Below are positions 1 to 14,536 of a stretch of 64,000 nucleotides of DNA, piece by piece. The stretch covers positions 2,069,485-2,133,484 of the forward strand of contig NW_018408902.1 of NCBI RefSeq assembly GCF_002113885.1, read 5' to 3'. The position numbers and the translations under genes are program-made. Numbering within the stretch: the first letter of the stretch is position 1; every line of letters starts with the position of its first letter. Origin of the DNA: Mizuhopecten yessoensis. Taxonomy: Eukaryota. The notes below the pieces were generated by a model that had not been told where the DNA came from, searched no databases, and saw only the letters and a list, made by a program, of their open reading frames with translations.

Positions 1-23
1 GGGATAATACTGGCATATTTTAA

Positions 24-1515
24 AGGGGCATCACGGTGAAGTAACTTTATTTTTTGTCTTTTTTTCAAATACTACATAAACATATCAAGTGAGACTCCTT
101 ATGGAAAATAACGATCGGATTTGGCTGAAATAGATTCATAAAAATGATTAAATCTAAGAAAATCATCGGTATTTCTACCTGTCTGACCAACGTTTTGTTC
201 AGGGATTTCCCTCTACTAGCGCATGCGCATAGCACACCATTTCTTTGTAAACAAAATGACTGGCCGTGTGAAGTAAGCGAAAGAAAAGTGTTGTACCGTG
301 TCAGCTACGAAACGAAAAGTTGCCAAATGGTCAAAAGATAGCGCAAGGAGTACGTTACGGAATCATTATTGCAGGTGGGCAGTATTCAAAGGAGAAAATA
401 ACTGCCGTAGCAGTTAGTACGGTGCATGTATTCTTCCGGATAGCCGGTTAAGCTGAAATGGAATCGACAGAAATGCTAGCGCTGTTTATGTTATGAATAA
501 ATATCTAAAACTATTAAGCTCGCTAGTATCTTTGTCTGAGTTTGAACACAGATGAACTTAGTTTAATATGTTAATGGGCATGTATTGGAGAGAGTTTACT
601 TTGTGTTTCTATAATTATACAGTGGTTTATGCGAAAGGAAGGGATAAGTGACTGGTTAGTTTGATTTTTCCATGAGGCCCTCCAAGGGATAACTGTTGTG
701 ATGGCCCACGGCGTATTTTCTGGGTCACCGAGATACGTGTTATCGAAGTCCGTGGATTTACATAATTTATAATATTACCGGGTTCAATAAAATGGTATGA
801 TTTAATTATATTGCTGAATTAAACGATTATTTTTGTTTTTACATGCAAGATTTAAATTAGTGCTAATATGAATACCCGGCCTCCTCTGCCCCGGCAACAT
901 ATAAAAAAAATCAGAAAGGTTTGTCCCTTGGTGTAGGGAAGGTGTTTAGACACGTACCATCTGTACCGGCCACATTCCGGTACTAAATTCAATATATATT
1001 TAAATATATCTACTTTATGTTTATGCCTATTATCATTGTTGACATTTAATTGTAAATGTATGACGGGAGAAGGCTGTAAAAACTTGTGCCCCATCCCTTG
1101 TTTAATTTTATTGGCAACACATTTATGTTTAAAGCTAAATAAATCTAAATTCTGAATATTGGCAAGTGTGCAATTAACTTCTAATGATGAATAATTACTG
1201 TTCAATAAGTTTGAATACGGACTTAGAAATCATATAACTTGGTTTCATAGTGCGGTAAGAAGTTGCAGTTGCCTGACGGCCCCTCTCTGGGGGCCTCTTT
1301 GGAAATCGTTTCATCTCGCTCGCACCACTTGTGTTTACTGCCTAGTCAGGTGACGTTATCGGCGCTATTTTTAGCAGGGCTTTCCCGAACAATTCAAGTG
1401 GTCAAACTGGACATTTGGAACGGACTATGAATATGGGGATAGCGTGGTAACATAAGTGGAAGTGCATACAATACATACATTCATTAAAAAACACGCCTTT
1501 TCACGTGATGTCCCT
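24..1515. mobile_element. Non-autonomous Kolobok-like DNA transposon (TTAA target duplication) inserted into a LINE
   Basis: Terminal inverted repeats AGGGGCATCACG (24-35) and CGTGATGTCCCT (1504-1515), each flanked by TTAA (20-23, 1516-1519). No coding capacity seen. Confidence 0.75.
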
Positions 1516-2780
1516 TTAAGAACTACCTTGTCCGAGAGAAAACAACGGGTAATTACAGAAGGACACCAATCAACTTTTAAATGTATCAGTGCATGAGTCC
1601 CTCAGAGGTCTGTCCTTGGTCCATTTCTTTTCCTTCTCTATATTGATGACATCAATAATAAAGTTACTAGTCAATAAATTGTTTTGCAGATGAAACCTCC
1701 CTCAATATTATTGTTGATGATAAGCATATTCAGGCAGCACACAATATCACTACTGACTTGCAGAATATATGTTCTTGTGCTTAATCTTAGGATATAAATT
1801 GTAATGCATCCATAACTACAAGTATGAATTTTCACATGGAGAAAAGAAACTAACCACCCTCCAATCTTCTTCTCTAATCAACCACTAACTGACAGTACTT
1901 ACCATAAACATTTAGGTCTTACATTTAACGAAGATGGTAAACGGGATCAACATATCCAAAATATTTATGATACAGAATCTAAAGAATTAAGATATTAAAA
2001 AGCCTTAAAACCTCATTTGATAGAAGCACACTTAACACTATGTACATATCTTATATTAGACCAATTTTAGAATATGCAAATGCTTCTAGAGTAGTGACAG
2101 AGTTTCGTAGAGGTACATCACATCATTTATACAAAGAATTAGGTTCGGGGAAAAAATTAATTAATTTTAATGTATAAAGTATTACATAATACATCACCAA
2201 AATACCTAAATGATATAGACGAACCTCTTTTTTTATGATTTAACAAATGTGAGATATCAGCTGAGATTAAATAGAGATTTTAACCCCAAAAAATGTAGAA
2301 CGGAGAGTTACTTTAATAGTTACTTTCTCTCATCTTTTCAATTTTATCATCAGTTAGACCAAAATATTTTAAATGCTCGATCTCTTTCCCAATTTAAGAA
2401 GCTAATTAACAAACTAGTAACGTACCAGCTAATGATACTCAGTCAGTGGTAAAAATAACTGTTTAAAGAAAAATCAAAATGATTCTGTCAAATTAGAAAT
2501 AATGCAAGCAGCTTAAATTTTGATCTCCGTATTGTAGAATCTGCTGTATCTGAATGTGGTTATATACAAGAAACAAGTCATCATTACTTCTTTGTGTGTG
2601 CAAGATACAACACTCTCAGACAATTATTCTCAGCTTCCCTACTCAATGATAATCACTCGTACTGTACTCTACATATACTATACTTCATGGCTGTAAGTAA
2701 TGTGACAATGAATCTAATAAGAATATCCTAGAAAGTGTTTCAACCTCTATCGCAAACTCAAAAAGGTTTATGTAAATAGA
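1516..2780 (+). mobile_element. Degenerate CR1/L2-group LINE, RT and C-terminal region
   Basis: Translation with stops and frameshifts gives KNYLSERKQRV...SA*VPQRSVLGPFLFLLYIDDI...FADET...YIRPILEYA and a C-terminal ECGYIQETSHHYFFVCARY Cys/His motif. The element continues at positions 1-23 on the other side of the Kolobok insertion. Confidence 0.85.
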
Positions 2781-3980
2781 ATTACTTATTGATAAACTAT
2801 AATGTACTAATATTGTAAACATGGATATTCAAGTTGAAAGAACTTCTGACATATAAATGCTTATTTATCTATTACTGGCTGTTATCAATACCATTAAACA
2901 TTTACAATTGAACACAATTGTGATAAGTAATTGATAAAAAATGTTGTATAATTACATGTTTACCATATTATAATTTGAATGATAATATGCCCATCAAGAT
3001 TGGCATAGCTTATTCATAATGTCCAATTTATATAAGCTTAATATTTAACTAACTCCGGGTCACTTTGTGTGGATCTCGAATTCCCAGCGAGGATCTAGTG
3101 AAGGACAATGGCTAATATTCACTCATTACTCTGGCAAGGGATATCATTTTCGGAGTTTGATGGAACAGAATAAGCCGAAACATACAAATGTACCTTCTGA
3201 TAGAGGGCGTTGAAGTCGGGTATCGCATGTGCTGGGTGTGTGGTATGTGACTGTCGGATCATTCAGCGATAGTCGCACCGACAGTACACATGGTTTCTGT
3301 TATTAAATAAGAAATGTACACCTTATTGTATATTAAAGAACTTTAGAATTTCGTAATGATTTGATGGAATGGTTTGACGTGCATTCATAACGAAGGATCG
3401 GAAATGTTAGGAATGTGAGCAAGTTTGATCTGTAAAAACTGCCGGCGAGTATGTTCTTCATACAATAAATTGCAAATTGAATTGTTATTTTGGTATTGTT
3501 TTGGTTTCTGTCAGAGAGTGTGGTAGGGAAGATTTCTATAAACAATTTGAGTTATCTCCCTTATACCATTGACTTGCAAATTGATATTTAGTATATAAAA
3601 TCAAATTTTGTTCATTTCAACATAAATCATAATATATATATATACACTTTCATACAATTGAGAGGACTGATATAGTGCTGTTCGATCCTATTTATATACC
3701 ATCATGAATAAAATTTGTTGCATTGAAATGAACCTTGAGCCTGGTGAGATAGGTAGCATACTTGACATAAAATTCAGAAAGATGTGATTCATGATTTCTC
3801 CTGTAAATCGTTGATATTGAGTGAGACTTAAATTATGACATAATTATTATATTGATCAATCAAATATGTTTACACTGTTTTTAGATGAACCACGAATATC
3901 GATAAAGAACCTTTCAATTTGTCGTTTTTGAAATATTTTTCTCTGTCAGGATTTTAATTTTCTAATTGACTGTTATTCAG

Positions 3981-6473
3981 ATGATGGTGTGTATTCTGCT
4001 TGCTGGTCTTTCCGTGACGACAGCATTCGTCGTCAATGACTACGACGGCCCAATGAACTTTTCCTGTCAAGGAGATACTACTTTACGCCATCTGTCTAGT
4101 AGCCATACCAACTACTACGAAGACAGAGTGTGGTCGGTTGGCTGCTATCCCGCAGTAGCCAGGTTAGAGAACTGCCAGTGGACAGGTGCAAACATATAGG
4201 TTTTGCAATGTCTTTCCACAAATATATGTATTGATAACGTAGTTTATATGCAGGTTTGTTGTTCAGGATGAATCCATATCCATGTGTATCAGAGACATGC
4301 CCTTTATGTTAAGGATCAGGCCTACTTTACACTGCTACCTTATGCTGCTATTTAAGCACATATTAAAAGGAAGTTGAGATATCGTGTTGGAAAAACAACC
4401 AATGGATTCTTTGCCGGAGTTAATTTTTGCATTCATGAACAAATGTATTTTCGAGGATGAATTCTTTCTTATCTTGGATTCAGTCATATCGCTTTAAAAC
4501 ACGAAAAAACAACTTAACTATAATGATAATCGTCCTATCGAAATTATCAATCCCTGGTTTATTTCACGAACATTCCTTAAAAATCAACAAGATAATACCG
4601 AAGTGTCAACAAAACAAACATTCCAACACAAAATCGATAAATCTAGAACAAAATATGAACAAAGTGAAATATTTACATGGAGACCATTAGAATAAGGAGA
4701 ATATGACCAGGTGTTCCGGAAGAGTAAGCGTCCTCTGCTTCATCGACAACATCTGCCGTGTAAATAGTTTGTATATGTCAAATCCAACTAATGCAACATC
4801 CTCTTTGCAAGAACCAGGGAAGTGATAACGAATCAACAAGACAAACTAATGAGCAGAATAAAAAAAAAATCGACCTTTATATCACACAAAATATAGCATA
4901 TTACCTAATGAGATTGTGATGGCGACCATGAGACCTGTCCATAATCTTCACCGATCTGCATCTTTCGAAACACTGTGTTGTAAGTTTGTCCGTCAACAGT
5001 CAACACCTAAACAATGGAATTAGTACCGAAAGATCGAGGAAAGCAGCTAAAGTAGAAAAGTCTGTAGAAGTCTTTGATTTCAAGCTTAGAAGGGTATATA
5101 AAGTCAACGTGGTCAATGAATTTCTTGTTATTTAAAGACAGTACATCGTTGATATATCTGAATGTGAAATCGTAGGACATTCCTGATAGACTCTTCAACT
5201 TAACAGTTTTATTCCATTTTATCGCTTTGCTGAAGGTTTTCGCCTTTAATCCAACGATGCTTTCCAGTGGAACAATATAAGATAAAGAACTTCCTGAAGT
5301 CAAAGTTCGTACAACTAGGACCAGTTCCTAAGCCATTTTCATGTACTTACAATATGATCAGCACTGAAGACTTTTGTCATGCAATGATGTCCTTCATTGA
5401 CTGTAGTTTTAACATTTCGGTTTAATATCATATATCTTGCAGGGTATGTTAACGATTTCGACCAAACGTTTGACTTTGAATGCCCTGGGGATGGGTTCAT
5501 CAATGGCATAAGAAGTTTCCATAACAATTATTACGAGGATAGAAAGTGGGCCTTTAAGTGTTGTGAAATGCAAGGTAAATATTGACTGATATTATATACA
5601 AATGATTTTGACTCATCCTATCAACCGATTGCAACATATAGACAATATTTCTTCCCTCTTATATCTATTGATTGACTAATGGTACAAGCATTGGGAGAAA
5701 ACATTTCCTTCCGTATATTCATATATTCAAATAGAAATGTAATTGTCGAAGTGGTTGGTATAAACCGACAACTTCGAAAATCATGGTTGTAACAGAATGA
5801 TAATACTATTAATTTAATGTGGTATTGATTTGTTAGATCGCGTTAGACGCAATTGTCGAAACACTGGATTTGTGAACAGCTATGGCGGTGACCTGAGTTA
5901 CACAACAGCACACGCTTACCAGAACTTCCACGGCTGGACCAGTATCCATAACAACTACTATGAGTATGTAAAACACTGTTCTAGATATACAATATACATT
6001 AAACAAATACGTCATTTCATGCTTGTGATTAAGAAGAATAGTTTCATACCGTTCTTCCTATTAAAAAGGCTGTGAGACAATAAAAAATGAAAAACATGAC
6101 CCAAATGCTCATGGACTTTTTTAATGATATTTTACATTGTTTGTAAATTTCAAAAAGACAACTTTGCGGAAAAAAATGCATTATTGTTTATATTGGAATA
6201 ATGTTCATAATCGGATAAATTAACTTCATCCAAGGCATTTAAATGGCAATTTCGTACGAGAGCAGATCTTAAGAACAGTGGCAGCAAAATGTCTGTTATA
6301 ACTGTTATATGCACAAAACTTCGATGGCTTTTTTATATGTCAAAATTCCAGTATATGATCTAGAATAAATACCACATCTTAATTACTTATGTAACAATCT
6401 TCTCTTTTTCAGGGATCGAATATTTGATTTCCAAGTGTGCGATTATGTAGAGCGAGATGCCAGCGGGTTCTAA
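3981..6473 (+). CDS. Dermatopontin / hemagglutinin-amebocyte aggregation factor-like secreted protein, 174 aa; exons 3981-4185, 5443-5574, 5837-5963, 6413-6473
   Basis: Hydrophobic signal peptide MMVCILLAGLSVTTA, then three dermatopontin repeats carrying (V)NDYD/NDFD and SxH(T/N)NYYEDR(V/K)W or EDRIF motifs. All introns are GT-AG with matching phases, 525 nt in total. AATAAA near 6560. Confidence 0.9.
4680..5200 (-). mobile_element. Penelope-like retroelement RT remnant in dermatopontin intron 1
   Basis: Minus-strand translation YDFTFRYINDVLSLNNKKFIDHVDFIYPSKLEIKD resembles the FRYIDDVL RT motif of the abundant bivalve Penelope-like family. It is followed by the family-typical 3' segment (revcomp of GGTGTTCCGGAAGAGTAAGCGTCCTCTGCTT). 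Family assignment is from memory. Confidence 0.7.
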
Positions 6474-7915
6474 CATATTCATATTACACGGCAATGATTT
6501 GTCAGAACTTTGAAAATATAAAAGGATATATCTAATGGATTTGGTTGGGTTATCATTTTAATAAATCTGTATTGAACAGTTTGTATCTTACTGGCCATGC
6601 AGATACTTACATGATTTAGAGTCACTGACAATTTTTTGAATACTGAATAAATATAGTCGGTAATATATCCAAACCTTCGACTTGAACCAAGAGGTTTAGA
6701 AACTGTTTTGCCGCAAACATTGTTCACAAGGTTACAAAGGACCTAAAGATGTAATACATCCCACCAAATAAACATGAACATTATATTATCTGATTATTCA
6801 ACTGATTTCTATCTAAGCCAATTTTCATGTTCATAAGATGCTTCACAGCAGTCGAGATTTAGCACGAAAATCATGAAATTCAGAGTGAGCCTTGAATATT
6901 GAATTGACTGTAAAACAAAATGCCGTTTATGGGGGAGGGGGTAACTATCAAGAAAAAGAAAGACCGTGATTGGAAAATTGACACCGTGCGATTATTATAC
7001 AGAAGTAAGTCGTCCCTTCCTTTTTGTCATCATGTAAGTGAACTAGAGTGAGGTGAGCAGCTGATGTAGACGAGTCTGTAAAGTCATTGACTGCAAGTTC
7101 AGGAAAGGTTGTATATGTATCAATTTATCTTAAACTATATTTAAGAATTTGGCAAAGTTTTTGATATCAGTCCAGTTAAACTTGTGATACTTTCAACCTC
7201 ATTTGAGGACAAAACGAACTCTGTCGGGAGTAGGGCAGATTCAATGTCCATTTGAATACCAACAGTCTGCTGAAAAGACCAGATTTCAATCATTTTCACG
7301 GTTTCATCATATAAGGTATCTGATTTATATTAGATGAAATATCTCATATCTCACGTATTTGTTTTTATAAATATCCCGTATACTTAAATATTATTCTATA
7401 AATGTTAATAGTTAAAACTAGAAGTGTAAGTTAACTTATACTAATACTAACTAATACCGCCGCTCCAACATAATCTAGAACTGTAAGCAAAAACCTAACT
7501 TATACCGCCGCTCTCTAATAAACTAGAAATGTAAGCGCAAGGCTAGCTAAGGCAATATATTGCAAAACAATCCATAGCCCCCCACCACTAATGATTTACC
7601 TTGCTGTACACCTGTTTTAATTTATAGGTTACAGTGACATGGTAATGGTGATATATAATTGTATAATTGTTATGTTAACTTTGACGAAAGTGGAAAGGGT
7701 ACAACAGTTACCCCTCCTTTTTGGACATTCCATGCCTAATTGAAATTCATAATATTTTACAAACAAATTGTTTAACCCAAATAAATAAGTATTTTCGTAA
7801 GAAGTCACATCTTATCCCAGACATTATTTCAAATCTTAAACTTAAATTCTAAGGTTATAAAAAGCATCCAAATTTTTGGAATAAAATTCTTAGGGAAACA
7901 ACTTGTTCAAAAATA

Positions 7916-8492
7916 AACAAGAAACTGCCAATGGCGATATGGCCGGATCGCTACAGTACATTTTCATGTAAAGCATCACATGTGATAAGCATCCTTTAAG
8001 ATACATAAGCCATATGCTGGTTTAGTTGATGTACAACAATTAGTTACTTAGCAACTGACCTTAACCAAATTTCTAAACTTAGTCACTGGAGCAGAAAATG
8101 TACGTCAGAACCAGCATCCGAAAAATCGCATGTGATAAGCAACCTTAGATACATGTCATGCAAGTTTAGTTGATGTAGGACAAGCAGTTACTTAGTAAGT
8201 GACCTAAACCAATCTTCTTAACCATAGTGCAGATGGGGCCTGACCTCATCCAAACTTCTTAACCTGGTCACTGTGGCCGAAAATGTAGGTCAGAACCAGC
8301 ATCTGGAACATCGCATGTGATAAGCATCCTAAGATGCATAAGCCATGCAAGTTTAGTTGATAATTAATAACTTGCAAACAGAGCTTAACCATTCTTCTTA
8401 ACCTTACTGCAGACAGACAGACGGACAGACGGACGGACGGACGGGGATCGCCAATCTACAAGCCCTGATTGCGTTGCAATTCGGCCAATAAA
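7916..8492 (+). mobile_element. Helentron-associated non-autonomous element (HINE / pearl-like)
   Basis: AACAAG start, internal tandem subrepeats (catgtgataagcatcct...gtttagttgat), an (ACAG/ACGG)n microsatellite at 8410-8445, and a 3' palindrome GCCCTGATTGCGTTGCAATTCGGC followed by an A-rich tail. Confidence 0.65.
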
Positions 8493-11409
8493 ACCCCCAA
8501 ATCCGCACAACCTAAACCTGATTCCTATGAAAACAGGACAGTAATAATTAAACTTTCAATTAAACTTTAAACAAGATTCATTTGATTGTCAACAGTAAAT
8601 ATGTTTAAAACAACATCATAATTTAAATCTATATACAACACAAAAATGTAGACATATTTCCACAATTTATAATATTTCTTTTAAAATCTTGACAAGAGAC
8701 TCATTGGGCCTTTAAAGTCCATTTGATTGAAACCTATCTATAATTTACCTTTGGACAGTTGAATAAATATATAGTTTTTGTTAAATAAAGCTGAATCCAC
8801 TTCCCTGAGAAAAACATCCTACCAAGTTTGGTTATAACTGATCAATTTGCAGAATAAAACAAAAATGTGAAAAGCTGATGACAAACAGATAGGATAGATT
8901 TGTATGGGAAAACTCCATCTTGGACCTTTGATCAAAATGGACAAAATAATACACACTTTTTATATCTTAATATATTCAAGTTAAACCTGGATAAGTTTGC
9001 TCCTTTATCATAAAATATAGTTAACAACAAGTAACTTAAATAATTCATAAATCACAAACAAATAATTTTAAAACTTTGTATACATATTTATATATTCACA
9101 CCATTCCGAAAGGTCTCCAAAAATTGAACAAACTAAAATTTTATGTAATATGTACATCAAAAGGTAAACCAGTTTAATGTTGTGAACACATACTTTATTC
9201 ATTAATAACACAAAATAGTTTTATGAAAAAAATATCAATCTGTTAGAAAGGGTTATATACATTTATTCAGTTTATCATAATTCTATATATATGGAAAACA
9301 AAATCAATATCTCATTCAAGTATCAATTAGAAACATTTGTAAAATGTAAATAGTTAACAACATTTTTGTAATAAAACTAAAGATCACTTTTATAATTTTG
9401 GAAGCTAATTTTTTTATCATCACAATCTACATCTACTTACTAAACTAATTCAAAAAATATTTCAAGATAAAAAAAATACTGAAATGATTGTTTTCTTATA
9501 TACAAAAGGAAACAAAATGTACATGTAACCTGAGGATAACTAAAACATATATATTTTCACATCTGAAATAATAGTAATTTACAAGACAAGCACACACTTT
9601 ATAAAAGTGTGTATATTACAACAATCTAATCCATTGCAATCTTGTATAAAAAGTATTGTTAAAAATCTGGCAGCTAAACAAACAGAAGCGATGTTATTAG
9701 ATATGTATAAAAAATACTGGTATTTAGCACACAACTTTGAGATTGATATTCAGAGTTATTACAGTTGATTAGGGAAACGCCAACCTAATTTACTTAATAG
9801 ATACATCTATGGAAACATCCAATTAAACTACAACATTGTTATTCAAAAGCCTGAAAAATACTTTTCATTCAACTTAAACTGAACATTGATTTGGTTCAGC
9901 TAATAAAACCAGAAAATGGACCTCATTTACTGAAAGGTATTCAGTGAAAAAACTGTAGCAGTCACTGAGACCACAGATACGAAAGCCTATCATGATTCAC
10001 TGACATATTTATTGATCAATTAGTGTCAACTATTCAATACCAGATACAAGTTCAAGTTTTTGTTAACAGCTCATCAGTTGTGCATAGCATATATACAATG
10101 TAACATAAAACACAAACAAGTAAAAAAAACTAGAAGTTTAAGAAATAAAGGACATATACATATATTACTGACTAACTCTTCAACACATTTTGCCGTTTTC
10201 TATTGCCAAATTAGCTATTTCCTTTTTTATCTTGTTTCCTGTTGAAAACAACTTAATCAATTTATGCATACTAATGTGTCGGATAAAGGAAAGATTGCTC
10301 AAGGACCTGCGTAAATCGGCAAAAATGGACATTTTAAAACAGAATGGAATTCGTCTTCTATATCATTTAAGACGCACAAAAAGCAAACTATTTCTGTTTT
10401 CTATACTCTGGTTTTTTCCCGTTTCTATACCTATTACAACACTCGAGCGACTTGTCAAAAATAGAAACGTCAATCCAGCCAAGCTTTTTACTTGACAATA
10501 AAGCAACAAAAAAAAATGTATTTTGTCAACCATTTATAAACGATCCATGAATACCGACAAATGGCCGATTGATGTTATCGTTCAAGATGTGTTACCAACA
10601 AATTTTTTTCCTTTTAATCCTTAAGGAAAACCGATCAAAATGTTTTTTTCGCGGCTAATTATGAACACTCACAATGACGTAACGTCAGAGGTTGACGCAC
10701 AGTCTTAAAATCGCGGACCAACATTATAATATGATAATATGAAGAAAAATGACATGTACAAATATATATGTTATGATACGCATGTACTACCTTCAGATCA
10801 TCTACCTAAATATCTGCTCTAAATGTACAGACGTTTTGAATATAATGTGAATCATGTACGAAAACTTCAAAATTTACCTTTTTCTTAATGTAATGTACAA
10901 ACCATTATTGGATAGTGTGGTAAACAGTTGGATATTTTAAAATAAAGTAAGAGCTTATGTGGAAATTATTCAAACTGATAAAAAAATAAAAGCATGATTT
11001 CTTTAACTATATTATGTGCATGTATAAACGTCGAAAGCTTATTTTGAAATTCGCAAAAAGACAGTAAACCCGTATATATACAAAGTTGTTTACTTTTTCA
11101 AGTTATTTTCATTTCTAGGCAAGATGAAATCTAGCAGAATAAATTATGTCAAAAACGTAAGAATCGGTCTGGTGTCAATTCTTTGCCAACTCTAACAATC
11201 TGAACAAAATCATAGAAATTCGTACAACAGTATTTTTGAAACTCTTAATTATAAGATCTATCCGTTCTGTAAAGGAGCCGTAAAGTGCGCCTTTTTCGAG
11301 ATAGAAAGGCCTATTTGTCACTTCCTGATGAAATGACAAACATATTTTTACCTTTGAATATAATATCCTACGTCGACAGCTTCTCTTTATTAAGACTTAA
11401 TGAACGCTT

Positions 11410-12246
11410 GACTGTACAGTATGACGTTTGCCGGACAGAACTATACAGTGTGACGATTACAGGACGGGACTGTACATTCTGACGATTACATGACGGTACT
11501 GTACAGTGTGGCGATTACAGGACGGGACTGTACAATGTGACGATTATAGGGCAGGGCTATAAACTGTGACGATTAAAGGACGGGATTGTACATTGTGACG
11601 ATTACAGGACGGTACTGTACAGTGTGGCGATTACAGGACGGGACTGTACAATGTGACGATTATAGGGCAGGGCTATAAACTGTGACGATTAAAGGACGGG
11701 GTTGTACATTGTGACGATTACAGGACGGGATTGTACATTGTGACGAATACAGAATGGGACTGTACATTGTTACGATTACAGAAAGGGACTGTTCATTGTG
11801 ACGATTACAGAATGGGACTGTACAGGGTGACTATTACAGAACGGGACTGCACATTGTGACGATTACAGATTGGGACTGTGGAGTGTAACGATTACAGGAC
11901 GGGACTGTTCATTGTGACGATTACAGAATGGGACTGTACATTGTGACGATTATCGGACGGGACTGTACAATGTGACGTTTACAGGACGGGGCTATACAGT
12001 GTGACGATTAAAGGACGGGATTGTACATCGTGACGATTACAGGACGGGACTGTACATTGTTACGATTACAGAAAGGGACTGTTCATTGTGACGATTACAG
12101 AATGGGACTGTACGGGGTGACTATTACAGAACGGGACTGTACATTGTGACGATTACAGATTGGGACTGAAGAGTGTGACGATTACAGGACGGGACTGTAC
12201 ATTGTGACGATTACAGATTGGGACTGTAGAGTGTGACGATTACAGA
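11410..12246. repeat. 29-bp minisatellite (GTGACGATTACAGGACGGGACTGTACATT), about 29 copies
   Basis: Head-to-tail repetition with no spacers, visible directly. Confidence 0.95.
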
Positions 12247-13139
12247 ACTCGCTTTGTAATAGACATGTTTGGAGAAATATAAGTTAATCCATTTGCGGTT
12301 CTAACTTTCCACTTCCACCGCGATATTTTGTAGACGGTTGAAGTGCGATGCTTCATCAATGAAATAAACTGTGGTCGGAGGCACATGTATCTAAGGCAAT
12401 GCGTTTGTGTACATGCTAATTAAAACTTATTGTATACGTTCACTACACCGCATGTACATGAACATGTACTTCAAAGTTTCCTCCACGCGGTACAAGGGTG
12501 TAACGTTGAGTCAATGTCAACCTTGATGTAGGAAGAAACGTGAAGTTACGCTAGCCTACCGCTCCAAGCTCCCTCCACGTTCGCAGCAAACGTGTATAGC
12601 CGGTGGAGAGTGGATGGTATATTCTCCAGGGTGGAGAGGGGAGTTGACTTTTTTATACCTCCCCTCCACGCTATAGAACGTCACCGCGAAACGTGGGGAT
12701 CGTATGCCTCCACGCGGTGTGTAGTGTATCTCCGATTCCTTGTCAACCTACTTTTCCAACAGCAGGACAAAGACAGCAACCAACACCTCGGGTACCACAA
12801 CATTGTCGATCAGCCGCTGCTACTCGGGATCCACACGCACCCAAAAAGACCTGCTTGGCAAGACTCCGGAGACTATGATATGTCTACCATATATGTGCCA
12901 GAAAAATCCTCAATATAAAGACTATTAAGTGACTTAGTCTCCAGTGTTTGACAGAACAGTTTTAACTACTTTAATTATGTATATTCTAATCAGTCCTTGT
13001 TATAGTTACTTCAGTTTATATAGTTACTTCAGTTTACATAGTTACTTCAGTAGAGACATACCAAAGACTTAGAGCAGATGGAGAATAATATAGACATAGG
13101 TAATACAACGTGTGCTTTACTGTATTTCAGATTATCCCA

Positions 13140-13900
13140 TCCATTGTGACTTACAAATAAAGCGATCAAAATAAACAATAGTCAATGACGCTAAGTCCAT
13201 TGGTGCCACAAACAGTAGAATAACGTCACGTCCATCTAATATACGAAGCCCTGTTGCTTTACATAGATTTAATAATCTATTGCCTATTTTTGTTTAACAG
13301 TTATCAGGATTAACACGTATAAGCAAACACTCGTCACTTACTTATGTGAGCAAAGGACCTAGTATATTACTCAAACTAGGATGAATAGTATCAGACTGAA
13401 TATAATCGGCATCAGTACCAGTACGGCTATTTAAATCACCAACAAGCGTTGGGTACCTATCATTAGAATAGTTTGTTAGGACTGATTCTAACTCATAGAA
13501 TAAGTCACAATTGTAAATTACGTAATACCGTGAACTGACAGGGGGTAAATGAAGAAGTCCATATCTAAGTTTACAATACATATATCAACTCGCAGTACAA
13601 CCAATGTATCAAAAAGTACCTCACATTTGGAAACATCATACTATTACGAATTAATACAATCACATCACCACCTTGTGTGTGCGGTGTTAACGTTCTTGGT
13701 ACAACAATGCAATTATAGCAATCTATGTTAACTTCATAATTATTTAACAGATTAACAGATTTTCAGACCTATACATGTTGTGACCAAATTCACGACAGTA
13801 TCAAGCATTCTGTCAGAAAAACAAAATCATATGTTGCGATATAATACAAAAAAACTGTTATCCTTAAGTTTGTTGAGACTACACTGAGACTGTCCTTTCC
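13140..13900 (-). mobile_element. Degenerate LINE ORF2 apurinic endonuclease domain
   Basis: Minus-strand fragments YDFVFLTEC, HLPPVSS...LFYELE and LVGDLNSRTG (the GDFNxRTG APE motif), broken by stops and frameshifts. Confidence 0.75.
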
Positions 13901-14536
13901 TGGTGGAACTGTTATATAATTAACAGCATTCTCCGCACTGTTCACTGGATTTTTTGTACTCATCAAAATGGTCCCTGATGAATTTCTGACTGTTCTCAAC
14001 TTGAGTCAACCTGTCTTTTAAACCCTTAACTCCATTCTTGACTTCTCGCATTGAAGCTTCAACAAATCAAGTTTACTCAACTTATTTGAGATTTAGCCCA
14101 TTCCGGCTGAGTTTCGGGTGAAAATGGCGAACCAGTCACAGAGGTGGCTTGCATCATAAGTGGGGACTGAGTTGTGGGAGGAAAATCCAAGGCATACGCG
14201 AACGGGCAGTCAAATTACTCCGATAATTCAGTATAACGATGTAGGGTTTTTTTCTTTTCTTTTATAAGTTTCGGTAATTTCCGCAGAGAAAGGAAAACAA
14301 AGCCAAGGAACTCCTGATGTTTTGTTCCTCATGATCACTCAATGTTCAGGCCGTGAGGTCAGAATTTGGGGGCATCATCGACTGCTTAAAATGTCCCTTC
14401 TATCTTAAAAACCGTCTACACACCAAAAACGCATGGCAACAGCTAAGGTCCACAGATAATAGGCCAAGCAAAGTTTACTTTGAAATATCATCTCGCTGAA
14501 ATGCCATAACCCGGACACGTAACACATTACATAACC

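Noticed and set aside
3704-3743. Upstream coding exon for the dermatopontin gene
   Set aside because: The donor at 3744 is phase 1 relative to the ATGs at 3704 and 3728. Splicing to either acceptor (3950, 3981) gives a stop or the wrong frame, so it is at most a UTR exon.
11410-12246. 29-bp repeat as a CRISPR array
   Set aside because: The units are head-to-tail with no unique spacers, there are no cas genes, and the context is eukaryotic.
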